A stretch of 59,485 nt of DNA, counting the filler, from Basidioascus undulatus (lineage: Eukaryota): assembly GCA_000826855.1 (NCBI GenBank). It is 4 parts of 4 records of this genome, joined end to end, with 100 filler letters (N's around TTAATTAATTAA, not from the genome) between each part and the next. Parts side by side here need not be neighbours in the genome. Positions count along the whole stretch, not along the records: positions 1 to 14,803 come from JTLS01000693.1; 3 more parts are not named here. The stretch is one strand, 5' to 3'. The notes beneath the pieces were generated by a model, which worked only from the letters and a program-made list of their open reading frames with translations, was not told where the DNA came from and searched no databases. Positions 1 through 12,483 of the stretch are shown here, piece by piece. The number at the start of each line of letters is the position of its first letter. Position 1 is the first letter of the stretch. Made by a program: the position numbers and the translations under genes.

Positions 1-3000
1 GAGGAGGGCACCGAGGTCCCGCCGCTGTTCCTCCGGCACCCGGTGCTCGCGGAGAAGTGCTACCAGCTCGTGTACCAGCTCTGCACGGCGGACCTGACGA
101 GCGGCGCGACGCTCCGCTACCTCCGCACGCACGAGGACTTTTTCTACCGCCAGCTCTGTGCGCTCCCGTCCAAGGCGGCGCCCATCTCGCGCGGCATCAT
201 TGGCGAAGTCGTTTACTCGGACGGCACCAGCCTCGTTACGACCTGCAACGCGCTCACGGCGTTCCTCCGCTTCCGTGCCTGGCTCCTCGACGCCGTCGCG
301 TTGGAGCTCCATGCACTCACGAACGCCGGGCAGACGCAGCGCTCGGGCCGGCTCGTCGACGTCCTGTTTGCGGACTCGCAGTCTACCTCGGCGGACGAGG
401 GCGCGCCGTTCAACGAGCTGGGCGCGAGCGCGTTCGGCGAGCCGGCATTCGAGCAGCCGCTCGTCAAGATGCTCGATCTCCTCAGCAGCCTCGACTTTGA
501 GTGGCAGGACAGCATCGCGGACGTCGACCTGAAGGTGACATTCTTCGCCGGACTCGACTTTTCGCCCTGCCTCCGCGTCGACGAGCACGGCTGCCAGATC
601 TTCGACTTCCGCGCGCTCATCTCGGTCCTCGGCACCGCGCGCAGGCACCTCCAGCGCCAGGGCGCGATTGCGAGCCCGTCCCAGCAGGAGCAGGTCAAGG
701 TCGAGACGCGCGCAATCCTCGAGAAGTTCGCGGTCGAGAACCACAGGCGCGAGATCCACCACGCCCGGCACACCAACCTCGAGGCCTGGCGCCGCGTGCT
801 CGACATCACCCTCACCAAGTGCTTCGACCACCTCCGCGCTGACCGCCGCGAGGGCGTCCTGCTCGACATCCTCCAGGCGCTGCTCCCGCGCCTGTCCTCG
901 CCCGACACTGCGCCCGCGACCGCCGAGCTCCTCTGCGGCGCCGTGCTCTCGCTCATCACCAAGCTCCGCCAGGACAGGCACTACCAGTCGATCGTACAGT
1001 CCGTCGATGATGACGACGCGTCCAACCTCCCTGCGGACCGCCTGCTCGCCATCCTTCGCAGCGTGGTCGAGAGCATCCTCCGCCCCGGAACGACGGTCCT
1101 CATCCGTGGCAACCTCTACTCGGTCCTCCTCAACTACTTCCAGCTCGCCACGCCCAGCCGCGTCTCGGAGGTCGCGCTCGACTCGGCGTCCCTCGTCGGG
1201 TCCCGCATCGAGGACGATCTTGTCTCGCTCGACGGCGCGAGCCGCACGACGGCCGAGCGCTCGGCGAAGCGCACCCCGCTCGAGCTCGGCACGCTTGCCA
1301 TCCTCGGGGGTGTTGCGGATAAGCTCGTCCCCATCATTTCGCGAGATGCAGTCGACGGCGCACTCGTCTGGCGCACCGTCGCGTTTACGGCGCTCGACGC
1401 GCTGGCGGACCTTGCCAGCCTCGAGCGCGTGAACCGCGTCTTGACCGTCCTCAACAAACATGGGTTCCTCCGGACGTTCGTGCAGTCCATCAAAGACTCG
1501 GAAGACGAGCTGCTGGCGGTTCTTCAGCATGATCCGGGTTCGTCTTATTTTCTAGCCTAGGTCCCCTCCGTTGTTTATGCTAACACGTACCCCGTCCGCC
1601 TCAGAGTCGTTGAACGCTCTCTACGTCTTCGAGGCGAAGCTCGCCCTCCTCATCCGTCTCGCCCAAGACCGCGCGGGCGGCGAGAAGCTCATGGACGCGC
1701 GGGCGTTCGATGTCCTCGCGCAGTGCGACTACATCGGCGCGAAGCCCGACCAGGAGCCGTCATTCATGGGTATATCGTTTTTTCGCCGCTACGGGTCGGG
1801 CGTTTGACTGACAGCGTCGCCCCGCCCAGACTATGACTCCTTCCTTCCGCCCGCTATCGAGCGCTACCACCAACTCCTCCTCCCCTCCCTCCAACTCGTC
1901 GTCGCCTGCCTGTCCAGCATCGGCCCGGCTTCCACCGCCGCTACTCGTCAAGTAAGACCTACCGCCCGCGCTGATATGTCGACTCCGCTGACTCATGTTC
2001 CTACCCCGCAGGCCCTGGGATTCATCTCCTCCCACCGCGAGACCATCCTCGAGCTGCTGCGCGACAACCCTCCCATTGTCCCTCTGTCCACCGTCCGCGA
2101 GCATGGCTTGCTCGTCGCGCTGGTTCACCACGTCTCCCCGCTGGTGGGCGTAGACGACGTGGTGCGTTCTGTCGGCCAATCCCCTTCCTCGCCCTCACAG
2201 CTGACTCGTTCTGCGTTCACAGCTCTCTCCCACTGGGTTCGGCGCGTTCCACACAGCGCTGCTCTCCCTAGCGCCGCGCTACCTCACCCGCTCCTCCTGG
2301 CAAGAACGGATCACACCATTCAGTGATGCGGAGAGGGAAGACGCCCAGACGCTCTCCAACGGTGAGCCAGTCTCTGAACCATATACGTGCGAACCAAGCT
2401 GACAGCCCATTTTTTAAAGACCTCGGTGTCGAGAAGACGCGCTTCGCTGTCGCCGCTGAGAGGGCAGTGGAGAACGTCAACGAGTGGCTAGCTGTGTACC
2501 TGACGGCGTTCACGGAGGGTCGTGGTGAGATCCCATCACGCCGTATACTTCGAGAAGCAGCGGTACACTAACTCGCGTATGTTCAGGTGCAGGCTCGAAG
2601 AACTTCCGCCCCGTCTTCGTTCCGGTCATCCCCTCGGCGCGCGATGGCGAGGTCGCTCAGACTGGTAAGCTAGCATCGCTTGCGATAGAAGTATAAAAGC
2701 GCATTCGCTGAACTGGGTACACAGCCTCTGCGCCGTCATTGGGCCAGGTCCTCGTCGCTCTGCGCGAGACAACCGCATCGCTGACGGCAAACCTGGATGA
2801 TTACCGCGAGCTCGCCTTCAAGCTCGACAACCTTGACACCATCCCGGCGGACGAGCTTGATGAGGTACGTAGCAGCTAGCCAATGTCATTGTAATTCAGG
2901 TGAACGCCCTCTGACATCTCGCTCTTCCTGCTTTCAGATTGTCAAATCCACGGGCGTGGACTTCCTCCAGGACCTCAACCTCCCACAACGGCAGCACCTC

Positions 3001-3557
3001 GCGCACCAGGAGCTCACCAAGGCAACGACCGCGCTGCGACAGCGGATAAAGGCTCGCCTGTGTACGTAACATCCCGCTGTGCAATTTCTGCCTTGGTTCT
3101 TGCGCTGACTCCATTGGTTCGGTAGCCTACCTGGAGATGCTGCTCCTGCTCGTGTGGCGCCACCTCGACTTCTACCTCCGGTCGTACGCGCCCGAGCTCC
3201 GCCGATCAGACGGCGGGTTCAGTAGCTTCGACTCGCCGCTCCGCGCATCTGTCTCTACACGCGGCGGCGCGCGTGCGTTCGCGCACACTGACCCGGAGAC
3301 GCTTGCGCGGGAGGTGAAGGCGCTGCTGCAGCCGACGCTGGCGAGGCTGGAGGGTGTCGAATGGGTTCGTCTTCTTCTTGTTTGACCTACACCGCATTAG
3401 ATGCTCACGGGCCGGATCACCTGTTGCACAGAGCCTGGAGATTGTCGGCAGTGACTACCGCTCGAGGCAGGCGTACCTGCAGATCGTTGTGCGGAGACTA
3501 CGCGAGGTTGTGGAGCTTGAGGCGAGCCCGAAGCCGGACGAGATGCAGGAGGCGTAA
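1..3557 (+). CDS. NUP192: Nucleoporin Nup192/Nup205 family, C-terminal part (5' end off contig; multi-exon)
   Basis: 505-aa helical exon (43..1537, incl. LRGNLYS-like 'IRGNLYSVLLNYFQL'). Then GT..AG-bounded exons with 'LYVFEAKLALLIRLAQDRAGGEKLMDARAFDVLAQCDYI', 'DYDSFLPPAIERYHQLLLPSLQL' and 'LEMLLLLVWRHLDFY'. Stop TAA at 3555-3557. Confidence 0.8.
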
Positions 3558-4349
3558 GGGGAACATGTGTGTGTATTGATGCAATTTTATCGCGTACCTA
3601 GTAAATGGCAGCGTGGCTCGAAGTCGTGCTGATTTCAAAGCTCCACCTTCACTCGGACGTCGTTGGGGCAAAGCTCATCGTCAATGCGCGATCGGACACT
3701 TCTCGTTCCGTAGTACTGGCGCTAAAAGTTATTCTATAATGTTTACACTGCAGACGCCTGGCACAGTGTGCGCCGGAGATCTCACTCTGGCGACTTCACC
3801 GAGGCGAAACTCACGCACAAAGCGACAGTCCTTGTCGATTATGTTTTCCATCTTTCAAAATTCTTAACAGTTGTATCTGAGCCAGTCACACCTACATACA
3901 AGTTCTGCTATCGCAGGTCGCAGGTAGGTGTTGCGTTTCGTACTCTGGCTGTTAGTTGGCTGACAGCGCCTCATGCGGCGCTCAGTTGAGCGCTCGCCCT
4001 CTGACGCGTACGGGTCCTCACAGGCATCGATATCAATATAGAATCAATTGCTTCCGCATGTAAGTACGATGTTTGAATGCTGCCCTTTTCTGTCGGCAGG
4101 CAGAAGAGGTCATTTATTGAGAGTCTGAATCAGTTCCATCGGCTCCATCCCTCCACCCTCAGGCCCTGTACCAGAGCGCGTGGGACCTCGACTTCGTCCT
4201 CTCTCCCCAGTTCTTACCCTTCCGATTCTGCACCTCCCATACTTCCAACCAAAGCGTACGTCGACCGGGTACCACTCGGCCCCACCTACGGTGGAGTGAG
4301 CCGCCTGACGATCAACCTGCTTGTCACACAGTCTCGCTCTTCATGCATC

Positions 4350-5844
4350 ATGTCATCCGCGAACCTCCCTAAGACGTACAAGGTCGCCCAGATCAAGGAG
4401 AAGGGCGGCGACTTCCAGCTCATCGACGTGCCGCTTCAGATGCCCAAGGATGGTCAGGTCCTGGTCAAGGTGCGTGAAGATAGCACGTCCGCGAGCATGC
4501 TGGGCGTCGCTGATCGCTGAGCGCGACTGTGACTGCAAGTCCTCGCTTGCGGTGTCTGCCACAGGTGAGACTCTCGCCGTCCATACTTTTTTACAGTGAC
4601 TACAGGTCAAGTTCGAGGCTATGCCGGGCATTCTTCCCCACATCCTCGGCCACGAGATTGTCGGCGAAGTCGTCGCCGTACCCGACTCTGAGAAGCTCTA
4701 GAAAGGTGCGCTTGAACTCTTAATCAATCGAATGGGTTATTTTGATCGCTGCTTACCATCCGCTGTCGCGTTTCACAGTCGGCCAGCGCGTCGGCTCAGG
4801 CTGGCAAGGCGGCCACTGCCACGCCTGCCGCCGCTGCAGGCGCGGCGACTTCGTCACCTGCGAGAACGAGGCCGAGAACGGGATTTCGCAAGACGGCGGC
4901 TGTACGTATACGTTCCCTGCGGGAACTCGACACTATCTTTCAAAGGGGACGGCGTGGCTGCGCTCTCCCCTGACTCGATCGACGATGCGACATAGACGCC
5001 GAGTACGCGACGCTCCGCTCGGAGGCACTCCGTTCCGTCCCTGAGGATCTGAAGCCGGAGAAGGTCGCACGCTTCTTTGTGCCGGTGAGTCTTGGATTAA
5101 GGCGAGAAGATGTGGAGGAAGACGGGCCTGAGGCGGGATGAGGCTCGCTGAGCGCCTCGCTTCGCAGGTGTCACTACCTACAACAGGTGCGTACGTTACG
5201 AGCTGAGGAGTGCGGAAATCCACCGCTGAAACTGCAGACTGCCCCGACCAGCCTCCGGCACATGGATGTTCATCCCGGCGACCTCGTAGCCGTCAGGGTA
5301 TTGGCAGTAAGTCTTACATCAATCGACATCCTACATCCAAATTGCTCGTTCTGACACCCCCCCCGGAGGTCTCAGCCACCTCGCGCTGCAGTACGCGCGC
5401 GCGATGGGCTTCCGCGTCGCCGCGCTGTCGTCCTCCGGCTCGAAGGAGAAGCTTGCGCGCGCGCTCGGCGCGCACGAGTACATCGAAGGCCCGAAGGTCG
5501 ACCAGGCCGACGCGCTGCAGAAGCTCGGGGGCGCCAAAGTGGTGATCGCAACCGCGCCGCACGCTGATACCATTAAGTCCCTCACCCCCGGCATCGCCGT
5601 CGATGGCACTCTGCTTGCGCTGGCAGTTGGCGACGAATTCCCCGTGCAGCCTATCCAGATGATCTAGACGGTCGACTGGACTGTATGTGCTGATTGGATG
5701 CTCAGGCCTTCGGGATCGGCTACGGACTCGGAGGACACGATCAAGTTCAGCCAGCTTGAGGTGATCAAATGCCATGTCTCCACCTTCCCGCTCTCCAAGA
5801 TCGTTCAATGCTATGACGGAGAACACCGCGTGCTTCCGCTGTAA
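4350..5844 (+). pseudogene. Zn-dependent alcohol dehydrogenase (MDR) pseudogene
   Basis: Motifs CGVCH, GHEIVG, GGHCHACRRCRRGDFVTC, GIGGLSH. Lesions: in-frame TAG at 4699-4701 (PDSEKL*K), frameshift near 4605, 1-nt deletion near 5294 (VAV-QGIG), TAG at 5665-5667 with the following segment missing. Confidence 0.85.
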
Positions 5845-6396
5845 ATTACTTGAATATCTATCCGCAATGTAGAAGATGTGTCGGTGGCATGGTAATTGAT
5901 GAAGCAACGATGATGAAACGAGGACTGCCATTTGCGTCGCTGAGCAAAAGCAGTACTTGCCTCATTTCCGCCCAGCTTGCCTTTGTCAAGCACGCCACTT
6001 TCGATACCTTAACCAAATACCTGAACACGGCGGTTCTGTCATGAGTTCTACCGGCCCTGGAGAGGTCGACCGAAGAATTGGTGAAGCTAGTGCACCTCTC
6101 ACCGCCCCAAACATGCTCTCCATCAAGCAAGCATTTTTAAAAGGCCTGTGTGTGTAATTCAGGCGGTTCGTTAAGAGCACGACTGCAGAAAACAAGAGAG
6201 AAAACGGCTTTGGAGTTGCTCGGAAGCCAGCCGACTCGCTCAGCTCAGCGCGACCTTGCGTCATTTCATTGGAGAGCGCCGCTCGGCCTTCGCGCCCAAC
6301 TCTTTCTCTCCCCTTCCATCTCAACATCCATCTAGCACACGCTCAGTCTCTCAGACTCTCTTCATCGTCACCCATATTATCACCATAACGATCAAA

Positions 6397-7738
6397 ATGC
6401 TGTCCGCTGCCCGCACCACTTTCTCCCGTGCCATCCCCGCGGCCACCCGCGGTCTCGGGGCTGGCTCGCGCGCGAAGCACACCCTCCCCGCCCTTCCTTA
6501 CGAGTACAACGTGCGTTTCGAGGTCTTCATCCTAGGGAATCCGTCCAGGACTTAATGTTGATTCTCTCTTGGGTTTTGGCGGGTAGGCGCTCGAGCCCCA
6601 CATTTCCGGCCAGATCATGGAGCTCCACCACTCCAAGCACCACCAGACGTGAGTGAAGCAATGTTTGGGCGGCAATTTCTGGAAGCGGGGGGCTGAACAG
6701 ACTTGTGTGAACAGGTACGTGAACGGCCTCAACGCCGCTGAGGAAAGCTACGTCAAGGCCCAGTCCGCGGGCGACATCAAGACCCTCATCAGCCTCCAGC
6801 CCGCGCTGAAGTTGTTCGTCTCGCTCCCCATCTTCCTCAGGCGCTTTAAACCCTCGTATTGACTTTTCTGGTTCTGGAAGCAACGGCGGTGGCCACATCA
6901 ACCACTCCCTCTTCTGGAAGAACCTCGCGCCCGCCGGCTCGCCCGAGACCAAGCTCGCTGGCCCCCTGAAGGAGGCCATCGAGCGCGACTTCGGGACCGT
7001 TGAGGACTTCAAGAAGAAGTTCAACGCTGCAACTGCTGCGATCCAGGGCTCGTGCGTCCCCTCTTTTTCTTGGTGATGCGAAGGGCGTGATCAGGAGCTC
7101 ATGGCGGTGTTGGACGTGCAGTGGCTGGGGCTGGCTCGGCTACAACCAGACCACCAAGAAGCTGGAGATTGTGTACGTGCTATTTCTCCCTGGTGAATCT
7201 GTGCAGAAAATTGAATGTTGGAGCGCACTTTTGCAGGACCACCGCGAACCAAGACCCCCTTCTCTGTAGGTCCCGAGGGTGGGAAGCGTAGCGGGCGCAG
7301 GCTTATCAGAATGCCGTTCTGCAGCGCACGTCCCCATCATCGGCGTTGACATCGTGAGTTTGCCTTTCAATGCGTAAAAACTCTGCGGATGCTGACAGCG
7401 CTGTCTGCAGTGGGAGCACGCCTTCTGTGCGTCTTCGATGAAGACGATCATCCGCACGCACACCGAGTAAAGACTGACCTCTCCGTTCTTCCGAAACTAC
7501 AGACCTCCAGTACAAGGTAAATTTCACTCTTCATCTTAGTTAAAGCTACGGTGCTGATGCCGCTCCGTGTTCCTCAAAACAGAACGTCAAGCCCGACTAC
7601 CTCAACGCCATCTGTACGTGCCTTATCCGTCTCAAGGCGCTTCTAGCCAGTCCCCACATACTCACACTGCGCTGCATCATTCTAGGGAACGTCGTCAATT
7701 TCGACGAGGCCGGCAAGCGCTTTGAGGCTGCTCAGTAA
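6397..7738 (+). CDS. SOD2: Mitochondrial Mn superoxide dismutase (about 11 exons)
   Basis: Arg-rich presequence [12 protein letters not shown]. Motifs [63 protein letters not shown] reconstructed across GT..AG introns. Stop 7736-7738. Confidence 0.97.
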
Positions 7739-8050
7739 ACTGCACGTCTCTCGGGAAGGAGTAGGGCTACATGGACCTTTGCCGACATGCACAATTAAAT
7801 GAAGTTGAATCCTTGCTTTACTTCTGTCTGTAAATGGCGGCTTGTCATCGTTGAATCAAGCGGAAGCAGACGTCGTGCAGGCGAAAGAGAAGACACACTT
7901 TAGACTATGACGCGTCCCGCGGAGGGCTTCGGCCCGAAGCCAGTCCGCGGAGGCTGGTCTGCCCCTTCCCCTTCCGGAGTCTTGCCTTCGCCGTTCATCT
8001 TCCCACTCTCTTCCATACCTTCCAGCTTCCACACACTCCCCCTACGATCA

Positions 8051-10318
8051 ATGGCGACGACGACTTCCCCTCAAGACCGCTGGGTGGCCCCCGTCGGGCC
8101 CACGGACCCGATCGACAAGAACAGCTTCGCGTACGCGTCCGTCGCGCGCCGGTGGCCGACGATCCTCGGCCAGATCGTGGACGACGTGTACCAGGCGAAC
8201 GGCACGAAGGACGGCGCGGCGCTGGAGGAGGGGAAGGCGATCATCGAGAAGGTCGGGAAGCTCAGGCATGAGATGGGGAGGGACTACAAGCTGTCGTGAG
8301 TCTCGAGGGAGGGCCGGCGATGGTGGTGGTGACTGTAGTTTGGGAAGCTGATGAGTGCTTGGGCCTTGGGGGACTGCGGTGCAGACCGCTGGAGGAGGAC
8401 GGAGGCAGCAACATAGCGCTGTACAATGATGAGCTGCGTCTGCTTGCTATGACTGAGAAGGACACGTGGTTCACCGCGCCGTGGTTGTTCGCCGAGTGCT
8501 ACATGTGCTTCGGTTCTCCTTCCTAGTGCCCCACCTTCTGCGGTGAGATGCTGAGCGACCGGAGGAGCACGACAGGTACCGCCGCGTTCGGACGTACTTG
8601 GCACAGACCGAGCACTGGAAGGTCGGTGCTTGCATGGGCTTTCCGATAAGTGAGCGAGATGTTAATTGCGGAAGAGTGAGGAATAGGAGCACGACCCGTT
8701 CCTGAAGCAGAAGGAGGACACGTTCCGGAGCAGTTCTGCGGCGATCTTCAGTGCGCGCTGTTTCCTATTACAGACTGATGCAAGGGGAGCTGACCCGCGT
8801 ACTGCTTCTGGCAGAGCTCGCGACGGTGCAGGAGGAGCTTGTGGAGGGAGGGAAGCTCAAGCCGGAGGACCCCCAGCTCGAGATTCTGTTCCTCGAGATG
8901 TTCCAAATGGTGCGTCCCATCTTCTCCCTTCATGTTCTGTTCATCAAGAACATTCAAACCCGACTGCGTTCGCCAGTCGCTCTGGGGCAATGCCACGGAT
9001 CTCTCGCTCCTCGTCGACCGGACGTATGGCGACATCGAGAAGCTGCAGGCGGTCGGCAAGGCCGCGCTCGAGGAGAGCAGCAAGAAGATCCTCCGCAACG
9101 ACCTGGGCAAGCTGTGGGAGCATGTGAAGAACCTGCGCGGGCAGAGGATCGACTTTGTGCTGGATAACTGTGAGTTGTCGGGAGCGGGAGCGGACGTGCG
9201 CTGGGGAGGAACGCTGATCGCTTGGCTATGGGGGTTCAGCTGGGTTCGAGGTGAGCAATCGGTCGGCTAAGGAACGTTTAAGGGTTGGAGCTGACCGGTC
9301 AATATCCGCAGCTTTATACCGACTTGGTCCTGGCGGAGTTCATTATTCACTGCTCGCTTCGCGGAGTGCTATGAGCGCTGATCAGTGGTCCACGCACAGC
9401 TTCCTTGTCTCCGTTACTCCTTACGCTTCGGAGGTCGTTTTCCAGTCAGTCACCTTTCCACTCAAGTACTTGTTCGTGCATCACCAACTGACACTGCTAC
9501 GTTTTGACAGCCCCAAAACAGTCAGTACGAGCTGCATCGCCTTTGCGTGAAGCTTTGACTGATCACCTGCGCTACCGTGTGCTGCATCAGGTCCCGTGGT
9601 TTGTTTCGTGCGTGCTCTTTACATTAACCTCGTGCCTTACCCTCTTGGGCTCACCACTTTTCTTCGACAGCGACGTTCTCCCGCCCGACTTCGACACCAC
9701 CATCAACGAGCTCCTCACGCCGTCCTTCTTCCCCTCCCCACCGCCCGACGACGCGCTCGAGCGTATGGTCTCCCGCTGGCGCAAGCATCTCGCCGTGGGC
9801 CGCTTCAAGCTCTCCGTGCCGCTGGACACCAAGCTCGGCGCGAAGACGCAGGGAGGCGCGGACTTCTGGACCAATCCGCTCGGGTTCGCGGACATCCCGC
9901 GCGTCGCGCCGGAGCTGCTTGAGGAGCTGAAAAAGTCTGGTGAGTCTGCGTGGGGGGGTCCGCCTAGGGACAGGTCTGATGTCGTTGCTTCACGCAGAGC
10001 TCGTTATCTTCAAGGGCGACTTGAACTATCGCAAGTGCGTCTCCACCTCATCAACCCTCTCGTTCTCTTGCTTGCGTATGCTGAACATTCTCGTTCAGGT
10101 TGACCGCCGACGCCAAGTGGCCGTCTACCACGCCGTTCGAGGAGGCGCTCGGCCCACTCGCAGGGCACTTCCCGCTCCTTTCGCTGCGCACGAACAAGGC
10201 GGACGTGATCGTTGGTCTGCCCGAGGGAACGGAGGAGAAGCTGGAGCAGGCGGGCGAGAAGGACTGGAGGGTCAGCGGGAAGTTCGCGGTGGTCAGCTTC
10301 GCGGAGCGGACGAAGTAG
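8051..10318 (+). CDS. DUF89/ARMT1-family damage-control sugar-phosphate phosphatase (YMR027W-like)
   Basis: Motifs SFAYASVARRWPTIL, TWFTAPWLFAECY, SLWGNATDLSLL, IDFVLDNSGFE, PWFVSDV, VIFKGDLNYRKL, LRTNKADVIVGL. Stop 10316-10318. Confidence 0.93.
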
Positions 10319-10821
10319 GCGGATTGGAAGGGGGAAGGGAGAGGATGAGTCGTGTTAAAGTTCATTATTTTGGAACGATTCATAGAATGATACTCGGGAG
10401 CAAACTGCAATCGCTCTACACATACTGACTGTTGCGGCCTCTGCCTTGTCACGGTCATTCGGGGACCCAGAATTTGCTGTAAACGAAGCGATCATTCAGC
10501 CATTGGATACACCATCAGTCATTTGACTGAATCAGCTCTATGTGAGAGTCTGGAAGTGCGCACGATCTCGCTCGGTACGAGCGCCTGCTAGCTGCTGCGG
10601 CTGCCGCTGCACCGAGTCTAGCCATTGCGCAGCCTTCTGATCCAAGACCTTCTGTCCCCAGAGAAAGAAGTTATATTTGACTTTTGTGTACCCTGGCTCC
10701 TTTTACCCGAGTAAAGGATCGCTGAAATATACGCGTTTCAGGACAGACGCGTCCTCGACACGTCCACAATTCCGCCTGTTTTGCGCTTGCATCCGCCCAT
10801 GACAACCTTCCTTCTACAACA

Positions 10822-11937
10822 ATGCCCTCGCCAGCTCCCGAGTCTCGCCCCAAGAGCCCTCTCACTGGAATCGAGATCCCCACGACGAACTCTAGCTCGG
10901 GCACCATGAAGGCGGCCAAAATCCCCAGAACGGGTGTGTTTGCTCCTCTCCTGCATCGACATCGAACGAGCTCACGCTCAGCCTCGCCCTCACAGAGAAA
11001 GTCGCAGAGACAAGACTACAGCATCCCCCTCTGGAAGCTCTCTGACTTCCACTACCACGATGTCCTCATCTTCTTCCACCATCGCCGCAGCGACCAGCGC
11101 CCGCCCGCCGGTTCGCTGGCTCCCCTCGGAGACACTCATCTTTGGGAGCTACCTCTCCTCCCCGCTTTGCCAGAAGCTTGCGTGCTTCGACCTGGACGGC
11201 ACGCTGATCACGCTGAAGAGTGGGGCGCGCTACCCGAAGGACGAAGCGGACTGGAAGTGGTGGAGCCAGGACGGTGGTGTCGCAGTAAAGCGGAAGTTGA
11301 GGGAGGCACATGCAAACGGGTAAATCAGCTCGGATATCAATTCTGCCTCTTGTGTGGGCTATAGAGGGGAACCACAGAGGGTAAGAGTTTACTGGGGGCG
11401 TGGGCGGCCTTCTTAGTCGACTGCGACTGTTACTGTCTGGCGTTTCCAAGTTTTCGCACTGATGCTGGCCCACAATCACAGATTCACTGTTGTGATCTTC
11501 TCCAACCAGTGCTTCAAGGGAAAGAGGCTTAACCAATGGCGTCTCAAGATCGAGCTCATTGCCCACGACGTACGTCCTCGTGCCTCTCCAGGGTCTTTGC
11601 GGGGAGTTCGCACAGAACTGAGTCCGTCAACAACCTCCCCTAGATCGGAGAGGTCCCGGGATTACCTCGCCGGGGTCTGGGAGGATGTGACGGCGCCAGT
11701 CCATATCGTGCGCCCCAGCCCATCCCCCTTTCCCCTTTCCCACACTTCTCTCCCGTGGCTCGAAAAACTCCTCCACTGACTCCATTCTGCGCAGACAGGA
11801 AGGGCTCGTTCTACGTCGGCGATGCGGCGGGCAGACGCGGCGATCACGCCGATAGTGACCTTGGTTTTGCGCGCAACGTTGGCATACAGCTCTACACTCC
11901 CAAGGAGACCTTTGTCCAGAATCTTGTTGGAACGTGA
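10822..11937 (+). pseudogene. DNA 3'-phosphatase (PNK3P/Tpp1-like HAD), phosphatase-only and internally degenerate
   Basis: HAD motif I FDLDGTLI, DWKWW, VIFSNQ, and motif IV SFYVGDAAGR..D.DSD.GFA.N.G. The exon at ~11644-11707 lacks the expected RKP (motif III Lys) segment and appears frameshifted. Start may be 10822 or 11060. Confidence 0.65.
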
Positions 11938-12021
11938 TATGTTCGCTCTGCTGTCTAAGTATTGCTGTCGGTCTTCTGTGACTCTCTTCACTGACGCCCA
12001 GAACAGCTCAGCCCATCGCAC

Positions 12022-12024
12022 TTG

Positions 12025-12062
<38 letters not shown>
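12022..12062. repeat. (TTG)n(CTG)n compound trinucleotide microsatellite
   Basis: ttgttgttgttgctgctgctg... directly visible. Confidence 0.95.
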
Positions 12063-12064
<2 letters not shown>

Positions 12065-12483
12065 TGGTTTGGCTTACCACCTTAAATGTTCACGCGAGCT
12101 TTCAGTCATGTTATTTTGTGAGATTCACGCATTGAAAGAACTTCGAGCTCGAGTTGGTTCGCGGTTCTGAAAAGCTGAAAGTGGCGGGGGCGTCTAGTTG
12201 TGCTCCGAAGCAGCAACACTTGCAGCGTCTTTGCAGGGGAAAAGTCTCTCGGGACTCTACTATATCAAACGGCATCTTTATTAGTCTTCCTTGGCCATGG
12301 GAATGGAGATCCCCAAAGAAAGCTTGAAACATGTGACAGGCGACTGCGAGCCTAAATGAAATCCTGCCTATCGGCCAAAAGCCGGGAAGCTACCGGCTGA
12401 AGGTGCGATCGGCCCTTCCCTGGCACTTGGACTCGCGCCAACGCCTTCCTAGAAACCGTCCATCACCGCCTTCACCCTCGACG

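Noticed and set aside
57..1493. Long overlapping alternative-frame and antisense ORFs over NUP192 (and over most other genes)
   Set aside because: Expected shadows of GC3-rich coding sequence. They are Arg/Ser/Pro-rich with no motifs.
4699..5667. TAG reassignment or readthrough to explain in-frame TAGs in the ADH
   Set aside because: The same gene has frameshifts, TAG is a normal stop in the DUF89 gene, and intact genes lack internal TAGs.
11822..12085. ORF with a poly-Cys tract (metallothionein-like)
   Set aside because: Simply the translation of the CTG microsatellite.
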